Shown: positions 1 through 9,834 of the stretch, piece after piece
Numbering within the stretch: position 1 is the stretch's first letter
How the letters are laid out: the number at the start of each line of letters is the position of its first letter
DNA from: Azospira sp.
Lineage (GTDB): Bacteria > Pseudomonadota > Gammaproteobacteria > Burkholderiales > Rhodocyclaceae
Reading direction: 5' to 3'
DNA: 51,473 bases
Assembly: GCA_035345235.1 (NCBI GenBank)
Contig: DAORCC010000002.1
Location: 8,838-60,310 of the forward strand
Notes under the pieces: generated by a model
The model's input: only the letters and a program-made list of their open reading frames with translations
Databases searched by the model: none
What the model was told of the DNA's origin: nothing
Translations under genes and position numbers: made by a program

Positions 1-1001
1 GCACCACCAGCGCCAACGGCACGAACGTTGCCGGCACCTACGGCACGCTGGTGCTCGGTGCCGACGGCAGCTATACCTACACGCTCAACAACGCCAACCC
101 GGCGGTGCAGGCGCTCAACGCCGGCCAGACCACCACCGACGTCTTCACCTACACCATCACCGACGCCGACGGCGACGTCAGCACCACCACGCTCACCGTT
201 ACGCTCACCGGCACCAACGACCTCGTCACCATCACGGTGCCCGACACCAACGGCCTCACCCCGGGCCAGCTCAGCGTCCGCGAAGACCTCACCACCACCG
301 GCAGCTTCACGCTCAGCGCCCCGGACGGCCTCGACCCGACCGAAGCCGTGCAGATCGCCGGGACCTGGATCAGCAAGGCCGCCCTCGAAGGCAGCGGTAC
401 CACCAACATCGCCATCACCACGGCGCAGGGTGTCCTCACCGTCACCGGCTACAACCCCACGACCGGCGTCGTCAGCTACAGCTACGACCCGAGCGGCACC
501 GCCAAGAACCACACCGGTGGCGACGTCCTCGACAACATCGCCATCGTCGTCAAGGACGACAGCGGCGATACCGCCAACAGCACGCTCACCATCAACATCC
601 TCGACACCAATCCGGTGGCGAACCCCGACACCAACGCCGTGACCGAAGACACGGCCCCGAACCCTGTCTCGGGCAACGTCATCACCACGGGTGCGGGCAG
701 CGACACCCTCGGTGCCGACGCTACCGCCGTCACCGGCATCATGGCCGGCGCCGGCGTACCGGGCAGCAACGTCACGGCCGGCACCACCAGCGCCAACGGC
801 ACGAACGTTGCCGGCACCTACGGCACGCTGGTGCTGGGTGCCGACGGCAGCTACACCTACACACTCAACAACGCCAACCCGGCGGTGCAGGCGCTTGCCC
901 GCAATCAGGCGGTCAGCGACACCTTCACCTACACCATCACCGACGCCGACGGTGACATCAGCACCACCACGCTGACGGTGACCGTCACCGGCACCAACGA
1001 C
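1..1001 (+). repeat. Intragenic direct repeat, 780-bp period (1-221 vs 781-1001)
   Basis: Bases 1-55 are identical to 781-835, and high identity continues to about 221/1001. This implies a 260-aa tandem unit that probably continues upstream of the window. Confidence 0.9.
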
Positions 1002-4000
1002 GCACCTGACATCACGGTCGGTGCGGGCGATAGCGCGAGTGCCGGGCTGACCGAGACCAATGCCGGCCTCACCGCGAACGGCACGCTGAGCATCTTCGAC
1101 ATCGATACGCAGGATACGGTAACGCCCAGCGTCACGTCCGTCACGGCCGTCTACAGCGGCCCCGGCGTCATGCCGCTGACCAACGCGCAACTGCTGGCCA
1201 TGTTCAGCGTCAGCGGCGGCGATCCGAGCAGCGCGGGGCAGGGCGTCGCCAACGGCATCGGCTGGAACTTCAATTCGGGCAGCCAGGCCTTCAACTTCCT
1301 GCCGGCGGGCCAAACCCTTACGCTCACCTACAACGTGCGTGCCACCGACAGTTCCGGCGCGGCGAACAATACCGACAACCAGCCGGTGACGATCACCATC
1401 ACCGGTACCAACGACGGTGTCGTCGCCAACGCCGATACTCGGACGATTGCCGAAAATGCTAATGCGGCTGGTCGCAGTGGCAATGTGCTGACGAACGATA
1501 TCCTTGACCCAGACCTCGGACAGCCCACTACCGTTACGAGCTTTTCGCTCGATCACAACGGGGATGGTATTGCGACGTCCTTTGCTCCGGGAGCCTCGGT
1601 CACCGTAACGTCCGCCTCGGGTGGCACGCTGGGCGTGTTCACGATGGCCAGCAATGGCGCCTATTCCTTCACGCCCCAATCCGCCAACTACAGCGGCCCC
1701 GTTCCGGTCATTACCTACACCGCCGGCAGCACGGGTGGTGATAGCGCGAACGCTACCCTGACGATCACCGTTACGCCGGTCTCGGATGCGCCAGGCATTA
1801 CCCGCGACGCAACGACCGTCGTAACGAACGAAGACGTGAGTGTCGCCATTGGCCTGAACGCGCCGACCGTTACCGATGCCGTCGACCAGACGGGCCCGGC
1901 AGCCGGCGACAATCCCGAGCGTCTCGGTCTCATCTCGCTGACTGGTATTCCGCGCGGAGCGATCCTGCAGGACGGTCTTGGCAACAATCTTTACACCATT
2001 CCAGCGTCGGGCAGCGCTACGGTGACCATTCGACTCTCGGATGCGACCAACCTGATCGCCAGTCCGGGGGCAGCGACCCTGACGATGACGACAGCGCAGT
2101 TCGAAGCGCTGCGTGTTCTGCCGGTCGCCCACAGCGCCACCAATTTCACGGTCACGATGAGCGTCACGTCCTATGAGGTGGACAACACCGGAGCGCCGCT
2201 GAGCGGCATCCCTGGGGCGGCTTCCTCGCTCGGCGTTGCTGTCGATGTCCGTGCAGTGACCGACCCGATCGACCTGCGCATCAACGGCGGCAACGGCCCG
2301 CATAGCGTCACGATCAACGAGGATGCAGCCCTGAACCTCACCTCGCTGCTTTCGGCGAGCTTCCAGGATCTCGATGGCAGCGAGCGGCGGGACATCATCA
2401 TCTCCAACCCGTTGGGCAACGGCACCATCTTCGTGAATGGCAACGCCGTCGCCGCCGGCAGTTCCTACACGATTGCCTGGAATGCCGCCGGCAACAACCT
2501 GGAAACCTCGCAGGCGGGGTTCCCGGCGATCAGCATCACGACTGCCGCCAATTTCAGCGGTGATCTCAACGGAATTACCGTGACGCTCAGCGCGCGCGAC
2601 AATGACAGCGACTCCCCAGCGGCCACTCCGGCAACGCTGACGGACAGCGTCACGCTGAACCTGCATGTGAACCCAGTAGCCGGCGACGTGACCATTGCCC
2701 CGGTATCGACCAGCGAAGATTCCGCGGTCCGCTTCCTAAATGCCCTGGCGCTGACCGATACCGACGGCAGCGAAGCGATCACCGGCATCACCGTCAACGC
2801 CGTCCCCGCGGGCTGGGTCATCCGTGACGAAAACGGGGTCGTCGTGTTCACCGGCAATGGTGCGGCTGCCTATACGGTGCCTGCCGGCGAGGTCACCAAC
2901 GGCGACTTCCGCAACTACACGATCACCCCGGCGGCGCACAACAGTACTGACCGGACCCTGTCGATCGCCGTGCAGACGACCGACACGCGGACAGTGAATG
3001 GTGCGCCGGTAACGAGCACGACGACGACGAACCTCAGCCAGGCGGTTACCGTCACCGCCGTCGCCGAGCGCATCGGCGTCGACAGCAATACCGACGGCAC
3101 GCCTGACCTGACGATGAACGCCAGCTTCAACTACAGTACCGCCGGTGCCGAAGACGGCTGGTTCGCGCTGGCCACCGACGGTTTCGACTTCCGCACGCCC
3201 TGGACGAACCAGGATGCCGACGGCAGCGAACGCACCTTCGCGCTGGTCACGCCCGTCCTCTCCGGCGGTTCGGCGATCGGATCGCAGTTCCAGTACACGC
3301 TGGGTGGCGTGACGACCACGCTGACCTACACCGGTACCCCCCTGCAGATTCCGATGGACGCACTGGGCACGGTCCTCTTCAAGGCGGCGCCCAACGTTGC
3401 CGGCAGCTTCGAGATCCAGGTGCAGGCCCTGACCATCGATACCGACCCCAACGGCGGCGCGCCGGTGCAGGCCATCTCGGGTACGGCGACGCTGACCAAT
3501 CTCGTGATCGCGCCGGTGGCCGATCCGGTGACGCTGGCCGTCGATGCGCCGGCCGTCGGCAACGAGGATTCCGCCATCCCGCTCGTCATCCGCCCGAGCA
3601 GCGCCGACCCCTCCGAGACTTTCAACGTCACGATCAGCGGCATTCCCGCCGGCGCCGTCATTCACTACAACGGCGTCGTGCAGGCGGTGACCGCCGGCGC
3701 GGTCACGATCACCGGCTTCAGTTCATCGCTGCCGCTGACGATCACGCCGCCGCCGAACAGCAACGTCGACATTCCGCTCTCCGTCTCCGCCGTATCGGTC
3801 GATACCGCGGCGGCGCTGACCAGCGTCTCCGGCGCCACCTCGCTGCCGCTGCTCGTCGATGTCCGTGGCGTTGCCGACCCCGTCACGCTCAGCGTGCAGA
3901 CCCTGCAGACGAGCGAAGCGGTCGTCGATGCCGCTGCCCGGCGCATCTCGCTGGCCGGCGCCGTCACGTCGGTCGCGCCGACCGACACCGACGGTTCGGA

Positions 4001-7000
4001 AAGCGTCACCCTGACGATCACCGGCATTCCCCCCGGCATCAACGTCGAGGGGCTCACCTACATCGGCGGCACCGGCCTCAGCCGCATCTGGTCAGGCACT
4101 CCGGCACAGATCGCAAGCGCCGAGCTGGTCGTGCGCGACGCCCACTTCAGCGGCACGATCAATTTCTCGATCCGCGCCGTGTCCACCGAGAATGACGGCA
4201 ACAGCCTCACCGGCCCGACCCTGCCGGCGCGCATCGAGGTTGCCCCGTCGCCAGAAGCCCTCATCGCCGCGCAGACAACGGTGCTTGAAGACGCCCGCAC
4301 ACCGGCCAACTTCGCGCTGCAGTTGCCACTGGCCGACGGCAACGAGACTTTGCATTCGGTGTGGATCAGCGAGGCCGATCTTGCCGGCAAGCCGTTCTCG
4401 CTCTTCCTCGGCGCCACGCCGCTGGCGTCTGCTGTCGTCGCCGACGGCGGCTGGTACAAGCTCACCGCCGCGCAGGCCGCCAATGTCTTCATCCAGGGCG
4501 CCGCCAACAGCGACGCCGACGGCAGTTTCGCGATCAAGTACGAAGTCCGTGATCCTTCGTCCGACGGCTCGCTGCCGGCAACCATCGCCCAGTTCGACGC
4601 TACCCACACGGTCGTCGTGAATGCCGTGACCGACCCGACGGTGTCGACCAACGACTACGACAGCAGCCAGGTCATCGGCGCCACGACGACGCTCGAGGTC
4701 AAGGTCACCGTCACCCAGCAGGACGATGCGGCGGCCGGCGGCGCCAAGGACATCGACGGCAGCGAGCGCCTGCTCTACTTCATCATCGACAGCGTACCGG
4801 TCGGCGTCACCGTCGAGGGCGGCCGCTACATCGGCAACACCCCCGGCAACCCGAACACCGGCCGCTGGATCCTCGACACGCCGGACACGCCCTTCACTGT
4901 CGCCTCGCTGGAGCAGACGATCCGCTTCGCACTCGACGGCACCAGTGCCCAGCTGTCGAACCTCAACCAGTCGATCAGCATCATCGCCCACACGCAGGAC
5001 ACGGGCGGCAACGAGCAGACCTCGACGACGAGCTGGACACTGCGCACGACTCCGGGCTTCATCGACAGCGAGCCGGTGCCCGGCATCCCAGCGGCAACCA
5101 TTACGCAATGGGTGCCGGATCCGGTGCCGGCGGGCATGACCGAAGATGCGCCGACCCCGCTCAACGCACTGCTCGACGCCCAGATCAGCGGCAGTTCGCC
5201 CTTCGCCGTCACCATCACCGGCCTGCCGGCGGGCAGCGTGGTCGCCGGCATGATGCAGACGACGATCGGCGGCCAGACCGTGTGGACGGCCCAGGGCAAC
5301 GGCGGCAACGCCAGCCTGCAGGCACTGCTGGCCGGCATCACCATCACACCGCCCCCGAACTGGAATGACAACCAGGGCCCGTTCAGCTTCTCGACGACGC
5401 TCACCACCTACGACCAGGGCGGCGGCCGTAACGACGCCTCGCTGACGCTCACGCCGCCGGTCACCCCGGTGTCGGATGCGATCGACCTCGTCACCACCGC
5501 CGTCGGCGCCGCCGAGGATGCGGCGGCCTCGATCAGCCTGACGCTCGCCAACCCGGAAGACGGCGCGGCCTCGCAGGTCGTCGGCGGCAAGGTCTACATC
5601 AGCATCAACGAAAGCGGCATGACGGCCAGCGGCGGTGTTCTCAGCATCGGCGGTCTGCCGCTCGCGACGGAGATCAACCCCGCCGGCCTGCCGCCCGGAA
5701 CCTACTACGTCGTCCCCGGTGTCGGCAGCGCAGCGGCGCTCGCCCTGCAATACCAGGGCGCTGCCAATGCCAGCGGCACCATGGCCTACACCGCTTACGT
5801 GCTGGGCCAGGAGAGCAACGCCACCAACGTCACGACCAGCCAGATCTCCGGCAGCGTCACGATCAGCCCGGTCAACGACACGGTGACGATCAGCGCCCCG
5901 AATGTCACCGGCAGCGAAGACCAGCGCGTGCCGCTGACGATCGCCGTGACGCTGGCCGATCCGTCCGAAGTGGTGGCCTCGGTAACCCTGAGCAACGTGC
6001 CGGACGGCGTCCTCGTCTTCACCGGCGCCGGTGCGCCGGGCGCACTGGCGATCAACCTCGGCGGCGGCAACTGGGGCCTGCCGCTGGTGGCGGGGGCTGT
6101 GCCGGCCTATGTCGCCCTGCAGCCGCCCGCCAACTGGAGTGGCACGATCAGCGGGCTGCAGGTCGGCGTCTGGTCGGGCGAACCCGGCCTCGACCCGACG
6201 CTCACGAGCGCCACGCTCGACGTCACCGTCAACGGCGTTGCCGACGGGATCGGCCTGACGCCGACGCTCTCCTTCGGCAACGAGGGCCAGATCATCGCCC
6301 TCAACCTCAACAGCGTCATGCCCGACAGCGACAACTCCGAAACGGCGACGCTCACCGTCAGGGGCCTCGGCCAGTACGCCGCCTTCTACGCCGGCACGGC
6401 GCTGCTCGCGGCGGGCTACGATGCGGGCACCGACACCTACACGCTGACCGGCCTCACACCGGCGCAGGTGACCGGGCTTGGCGTCATCCAGAAGGATGGC
6501 AGCTACTCGCTGGAGGTCACCGCGCACACCGTCGATTCACCGGGTGCCAGTACCTCGGCAACGGTGACGGCGACCCTGCCGCTGAACATCGCCAACGTGC
6601 CGGCAACCTCCGGCAACGACACGCTGCTCTACGACGGTACGCCGCTCGACGGGCTGCTCGGCGTCGATACCATCGAACTGCGCCTTGGCGAAAACATCGA
6701 CTTTGCGACGGCGCTCAACCCGAGCAACATCGAGCGCATCGACCTGATGCCGGCGGGCGAGAACCATTCGCTCAGCAACCTCATGCTGCAGGACGTGCTC
6801 GACATGGCCGGCACCGGCAAGACGCTGACCATCCTCGGCGATGCCGGCGACACCGTCGGTCTCAAGAATGGCGCCGGGGCCGACCAGTGGGCGCAGAACG
6901 GCACTGAAACGGTGGGCGCACAGGTCTTCGACGTCTACACCAATACCGCCGACGCCGCCGTCAAGGTGCTGATCGAGCAGAGCATCCAGCGCAACATCGA

Positions 7001-7007
7001 TCCCTGA
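3..7007 (+). CDS. Giant T1SS-secreted adhesin (LapA/BapA-like; VCBS/cadherin/Ig-like repeats), 5'-truncated by the window edge
   Basis: Frame open from position 3, >2300 aa, Thr/Gly/Ala/Val/Asp-rich. VCBS-like units (GTYGTLVLGADGSYTYTLNN...DTFTYTITDADGD...VTGTND), repeated DxDGSE motifs, degenerate RTX-like SGNDTLLY, T1SS-type C-terminus (NIERIDL..LQDVLDM..LTILGDAGDTVGL..FDVYT..VKVLIEQ). Next to lapD/lapG/lapE. Confidence 0.92.
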   Translation, partial: TTSANGTNVAGTYGTLVLGADGSYTYTLNNANPAVQALNAGQTTTDVFTYTITDADGDVSTTTLTVTLTGTNDLVTITVPDTNGLTPGQLSVREDLTTTGSFTLSAPDGLDPTEAVQIAGTWISKAALEGSGTTNIAITTAQGVLTVTGYNPTTGVVSYSYDPSGTAKNHTGGDVLDNIAIVVKDDSGDTANSTLTINILDTNPVANPDTNAVTEDTAPNPVSGNVITTGAGSDTLGADATAVTGIMAGAGVPGSNVTAGTTSANGTNVAGTYGTLVLGADGSYTYTLNNANPAVQALARNQAVSDTFTYTITDADGDISTTTLTVTVTGTNDAPDITVGAGDSASAGLTETNAGLTANGTLSIFDIDTQDTVTPSVTSVTAVYSGPGVMPLTNAQLLAMFSVSGGDPSSAGQGVANGIGWNFNSGSQAFNFLPAGQTLTLTYNVRATDSSGAANNTDNQPVTITITGTNDGVVANADTRTIAENANAAGRSGNVLTNDILDPDLGQPTTVTSFSLDHNGDGIATSFAPGASVTVTSASGGTLGVFTMASNGAYSFTPQSANYSGPVPVITYTAGSTGGDSANATLTITVTPVSDAPGITRDATTVVTNEDVSVAIGLNAPTVTDAVDQTGPAAGDNPERLGLISLTGIPRGAILQDGLGNNLYTIPASGSATVTIRLSDATNLIASPGAATLTMTTAQFEALRVLPVAHSATNFTVTMSVTSYEVDNTGAPLSGIPGAASSLGVAVDVRAVTDPIDLRINGGNGPHSVTINEDAALNLTSLLSASFQDLDGSERRDIIISNPLGNGTIFVNGNAVAAGSSYTIAWNAAGNNLETSQAGFPAISITTAANFSGDLNGITVTLSARDNDSDSPAATPATLTDSVTLNLHVNPVAGDVTIAPVSTSEDSAVRFLNALALTDTDGSEAITGITVNAVPAGWVIRDENGVVVFTGNGAAAYTVPAGEVTNGDFRNYTITPAAHNSTDRTLSIAVQTTDTRTVNGAPVTSTTTTNLSQAVTVTAVAERIGVDSNTDGTPDLTMNASFNYSTAGAEDGWFALATDGFDFRTPWTNQDADGSERTFALVTPVLSGGSAIGSQFQYTLGGVTTTLTYTGTPLQIPMDALGTVLFKAAPNVAGSFEIQVQALTIDTDPNGGAPVQAISGTATLTNLVIAPVADPVTLAVDAPAVGNEDSAIPLVIRPSSADPSETFNVTISGIPAGAVIHYNGVVQAVTAGAVTITGFSSSLPLTITPPPNSNVDIPLSVSAVSVDTAAALTSVSGATSLPLLVDVRGVADPVTLSVQTLQTSEAVVDAAARRISLAGAVTSVAPTDTDGSESVTLTITGIPPGINVEGLTYIGGTGLSRIWSGTPAQIASAELVVRDAHFSGTINFSIRAVSTENDGNSLTGPTLPARIEVAPSPEALIAAQTTVLEDARTPANFALQLPLADGNETLHSVWISEADLAGKPFSLFLGATPLASAVVADGGWYKLTAAQAANVFIQGAANSDADGSFAIKYEVRDPSSDGSLPATIAQFDATHTVVVNAVTDPTVSTNDYDSSQVIGATTTLEVKVTVTQQDDAAAGGAKDIDGSERLLYFIIDSVPVGVTVEGGRYIGNTPGNPNTGRWILDTPDTPFTVASLEQTIRFALDGTSAQLSNLNQSISIIAHTQDTGGNEQTSTTSWTLRTTPGFIDSEPVPGIPAATITQWVPDPVPAGMTEDAPTPLNALLDAQISGSSPFAVTITGLPAGSVVAGMMQTTIGGQTVWTAQGNGGNASLQALLAGITITPPPNWNDNQGPFSFSTTLTTYDQGGGRNDASLTLTPPVTPVSDAIDLVTTAVGAAEDAAASISLTLANPEDGAASQVVGGKVYISINESGMTASGGVLSIGGLPLATEINPAGLPPGTYYVVPGVGSAAALALQYQGAANASGTMAYTAYVLGQESNATNVTTSQISGSVTISPVNDTVTISAPNVTGSEDQRVPLTIAVTLADPSEVVASVTLSNVPDGVLVFTGAGAPGALAINLGGGNWGLPLVAGAVPAYVALQPPANWSGTISGLQVGVWSGEPGLDPTLTSATLDVTVNGVADGIGLTPTLSFGNEGQIIALNLNSVMPDSDNSETATLTVRGLGQYAAFYAGTALLAAGYDAGTDTYTLTGLTPAQVTGLGVIQKDGSYSLEVTAHTVDSPGASTSATVTATLPLNIANVPATSGNDTLLYDGTPLDGLLGVDTIELRLGENIDFATALNPSNIERIDLMPAGENHSLSNLMLQDVLDMAGTGKTLTILGDAGDTVGLKNGAGADQWAQNGTETVGAQVFDVYTNTADAAVKVLIEQSIQRNIDP

Positions 7008-7019
7008 TCGAACCTGCCG

Positions 7020-7068
7020 CTCTCCTGCGCTGCGGGCCTCCTCCCGGATGGCCGGCAGCGCAGCAGAG
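7020..7068. terminator. GC-rich hairpin between convergent adhesin and lapD
   Basis: ctctcctgcgctgc-g-ggcc / ggcc-g-gcagcgcagcagag inverted repeat; no clear U tract. Confidence 0.45.
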
Positions 7069-7093
7069 CCTGCCGGCGAAGTCTCTCCTTCGG

Positions 7094-9004
7094 TTATTCC
7101 CGGACTCCGGGCCCTGTCGCACCGTCGAAACCGACGTCGGCCAGTACTGCGAGTTCCGCCTCGTTGGCCACGCCCTCGGCAATCACCTTCATGCCGATGC
7201 CGTGGGCGATCGTGGTCAGTCCCTTGAGGAAGGACTGGTTGCCGACATTGGCCTCCAGCCCGCGGATGAAGCTGGCATCGATCTTCAGGTAGTCGAGGCC
7301 GAGGTCGTGCAGGCGGCCGATCTCGCTGAACTGGCGGCCGAAGTGCTCGATGCCCATCTGGCAGCCGACATCCTTGAGTTCGAGGCAGAGCGCGCGGAAG
7401 GCCTCGAAATGCGCAAGCGCGCCGGCTTCCGAAACCTCGAGCCACAGGCGGAGGGTTGCGGGGTGGCGGCGCAGCAGCGCACGCAGCTCGTTGCGGAACG
7501 CCGGCGACTGGATCGAACTCGCCGAGAGGTTGATGGCGAGTCCGCTGAGGTCCGGTTTGTCGCTGAGCTCGGCGAGGCCGAGCTCGACCGCGGCGAGGTC
7601 GAGCTGCGGGGTCAGCTTCAGGCGCTCGGCAACGGGCAGGAAGCGGCCGGCCGGCTGCCATTCGCCGCCTTCGTCGAACATCAGCCGCAGCGGGCATTCA
7701 CGGTGCATCAGCCCGCCGGGGAGCGCGACGACAGGGAAGGAGACGAGCCTCACCCAGCGTTGCTCGAGGGCGCGGCGGATCAGCCGGGACCATTCGTCGG
7801 CGCTCTTCGGCGCATCGTCGCCTTCATGCAGATCGACGATGCGCAGGCCGTTGCGCCCTTCGGCCTCGACGGCGGCGAGCGCGGCGTCGACCTGCGCCAG
7901 CACGGTGCCAAGGTCGATGCCACGCGGGAAGCGGCCGCAGGCGAGCCAGGTTGTCTCGGCGTCGGGCAGGAAGCTCGCGGCCTCCTGTATCAGTGCGGCG
8001 AGCAGTGCCTCGGCGGTGGCCGCGGGGTTGCCGGCTCCGGGCAGCAGCAGGGCGAAGTCGGCGCCGTTGAGGCGTGCGGCGACGGCCTGCGGGCGCTGCC
8101 CGGCAGTTTCGTCGAGCACCTTGCCGAATCGGCGCAGGAGTTCGTCGGTGGCTTCGCGGCCGAGCGACTGGTTAACCGTGGCGAGGTGTGCCAGGCGGGC
8201 GATGAACACCGAGCCGCCGCTCGCGTCGTCGGCCTGCGTCGCTTCGCGCAGCTGGGCCATGAAGAAGCTGCGGTTGGCCAGCCCGGTCAGTGCGTCGCAG
8301 TTGGCCTCGCGGCGCACACTTTCGAGGCGCGCCGCTTCCTCGTCGAACATCGCTTTCAGACGCGTCACCGTGGCGTTCATCGCCGTCGCCAGCCGCTTCA
8401 GCTCGGGCACGCCGGGTTCCTCGATGGTGACGAAGCGCCGCTCGGAGATGGCCTGCGCCTGCCCGATCACCGCGTCGAGCGGCCGCTTGAGGCGGCGCAG
8501 GACGAGCGAGCCGAGATAACCGCCGAGCGCGCCGGCGAGCGCGAGGGCGACGATCATGTCGAGCGTGCTCTCCCAGAGGGCGCGGTAGGCGAAGCGACTG
8601 TGGCTGACGAGGCGGACGACGCCCACCTGCTTCCAGCCGCTCGAGATCTGCGCCTCTCCCGGGCTTGCCGTGATCGGAAAGCGTCGGATGAACCACTCCG
8701 GCGCTCCGTGGTCGCCGCCGTCGGCGATGCGCTCGACGATGAGCTTGCCCTCCGGGTCGGTGACGCGGATGAGTTCGTAGTTGCCGCTGTCGAACAGTGC
8801 CGCGGCAGCCAGCTCGATGTCGACGGCGTCCGGTTGCTTCTGCGAGAGCGCCAGCGCGAGCGCCGTCGCGTTGTCGGCGTTCTTGAGCGTCAGCTGCTGC
8901 GAAAGGTAGCTGCGTGCGGCGAGCGTCGAGGCGAGCAGGCTGCCGCCGAGTGCGAGCAGGGTGCTGATGGCGATGGCAAGCCAGAGCTGTCGGTACATGG
9001 ACAT
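7094..9004 (-). CDS. lapD: LapD-type c-di-GMP receptor (LapD/MoxY periplasmic, HAMP, degenerate GGDEF, degenerate EAL)
   Basis: MSMYRQLWLAI N-terminal TM, APEWF..FPI..GEAQISSGWKQVG periplasmic motif, HAMP, DALTGLANR. GGDEF is degenerate (RLNGADF) and EAL is degenerate (ECPLRL; EHFG in place of DDFG). Adjacent to lapG. Confidence 0.92.
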   Translation of the reverse strand: MSMYRQLWLAIAISTLLALGGSLLASTLAARSYLSQQLTLKNADNATALALALSQKQPDAVDIELAAAALFDSGNYELIRVTDPEGKLIVERIADGGDHGAPEWFIRRFPITASPGEAQISSGWKQVGVVRLVSHSRFAYRALWESTLDMIVALALAGALGGYLGSLVLRRLKRPLDAVIGQAQAISERRFVTIEEPGVPELKRLATAMNATVTRLKAMFDEEAARLESVRREANCDALTGLANRSFFMAQLREATQADDASGGSVFIARLAHLATVNQSLGREATDELLRRFGKVLDETAGQRPQAVAARLNGADFALLLPGAGNPAATAEALLAALIQEAASFLPDAETTWLACGRFPRGIDLGTVLAQVDAALAAVEAEGRNGLRIVDLHEGDDAPKSADEWSRLIRRALEQRWVRLVSFPVVALPGGLMHRECPLRLMFDEGGEWQPAGRFLPVAERLKLTPQLDLAAVELGLAELSDKPDLSGLAINLSASSIQSPAFRNELRALLRRHPATLRLWLEVSEAGALAHFEAFRALCLELKDVGCQMGIEHFGRQFSEIGRLHDLGLDYLKIDASFIRGLEANVGNQSFLKGLTTIAHGIGMKVIAEGVANEAELAVLADVGFDGATGPGVRE

Positions 9005-9033
9005 GGTTCAGTCCTCACGAAAATGGCGATGTT

Positions 9034-9765
9034 TCATTCGAATCCTTCGGCGCGGGCGCGCTGCATCAGGTCATCCCAGCGCGAGAGCCTGCCGCTGCCG
9101 CCCTTCGAGGCGGCAGCATTGCCGGCGACGCCGGCGAAGATGCCCTGGCTGTTGAAGCTGAAGACCGGGGTCAGGTCAGGGCGCTTCGAAGCCGGCCTGA
9201 TGGCCGGATCGAGGTTGTCGAGCACCAGTGGCTCGGCGGTCGGCGAGGGGTAGTAGGCGAGCACCATGTGGGCCCGCTGCGCGCCGCCCTGCGTCGCCTT
9301 GACATAGATGAGCCGCATCTTGCTGACGGGCACGCCGGCCTGGCGCAGCGTGTAGTACTTGACGATGGAGAAGTCCTCGCAGTCGCCGCGTCCGCGGCCG
9401 ATCGTCTCGAGCGGCGTCGCCCAGTAGTCGCTTTGCTGCCAGACCGTGATGTCTTCGTCGAAGCCGATGTTGCGGTTGAAGAAATCATTCACCCGGCGGA
9501 ACTTCTCGGCCTCGGGGAGCGAGCGGGTGGCCTCGAGCAGGGCCTGCCAGTCCTTCAGCAGGTTGATGCGTGCCGGGCCGAAGCGGGCGATAAGCTGATC
9601 CTGCAGGCTGGCAAAATCGAGGGCGGCAGCTGCGACGCTCAAGCCGATGGCCAGCGCGGCCGTGATTGAACAAAGCAGGCGACGCGGCCAACCCGGCTCG
9701 CCGTACCTGTCGCCGGCCGGGGTGCAGATTTTGTCGTGATGTGGGATATTCGTGACTTTGTGCAC
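9034..9765 (-). CDS. lapG: LapG-type periplasmic transglutaminase-like cysteine protease (start uncertain; GTG at 9765 used)
   Basis: VNDFFN, DYWATPLE, GDCEDF (catalytic Cys), AHMVLAYY (His), VLDNL (Asp), PVFSFN; hydrophobic signal-like stretch LLCSITAALAIGLSVAAAA. Confidence 0.92.
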   Translation of the reverse strand: MHKVTNIPHHDKICTPAGDRYGEPGWPRRLLCSITAALAIGLSVAAAALDFASLQDQLIARFGPARINLLKDWQALLEATRSLPEAEKFRRVNDFFNRNIGFDEDITVWQQSDYWATPLETIGRGRGDCEDFSIVKYYTLRQAGVPVSKMRLIYVKATQGGAQRAHMVLAYYPSPTAEPLVLDNLDPAIRPASKRPDLTPVFSFNSQGIFAGVAGNAAASKGGSGRLSRWDDLMQRARAEGFE

Positions 9766-9834
9766 AGCAGGATCGTGGCCGGATGTCCTAGAATCCGTGC
9801 CCCATGGGCTTATAGTGCCCGGACAGAGGAAGCA

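Noticed and set aside
7094-9004. Active diguanylate cyclase/phosphodiesterase
   Set aside because: Both catalytic motifs are degenerate, as expected for a LapD receptor.
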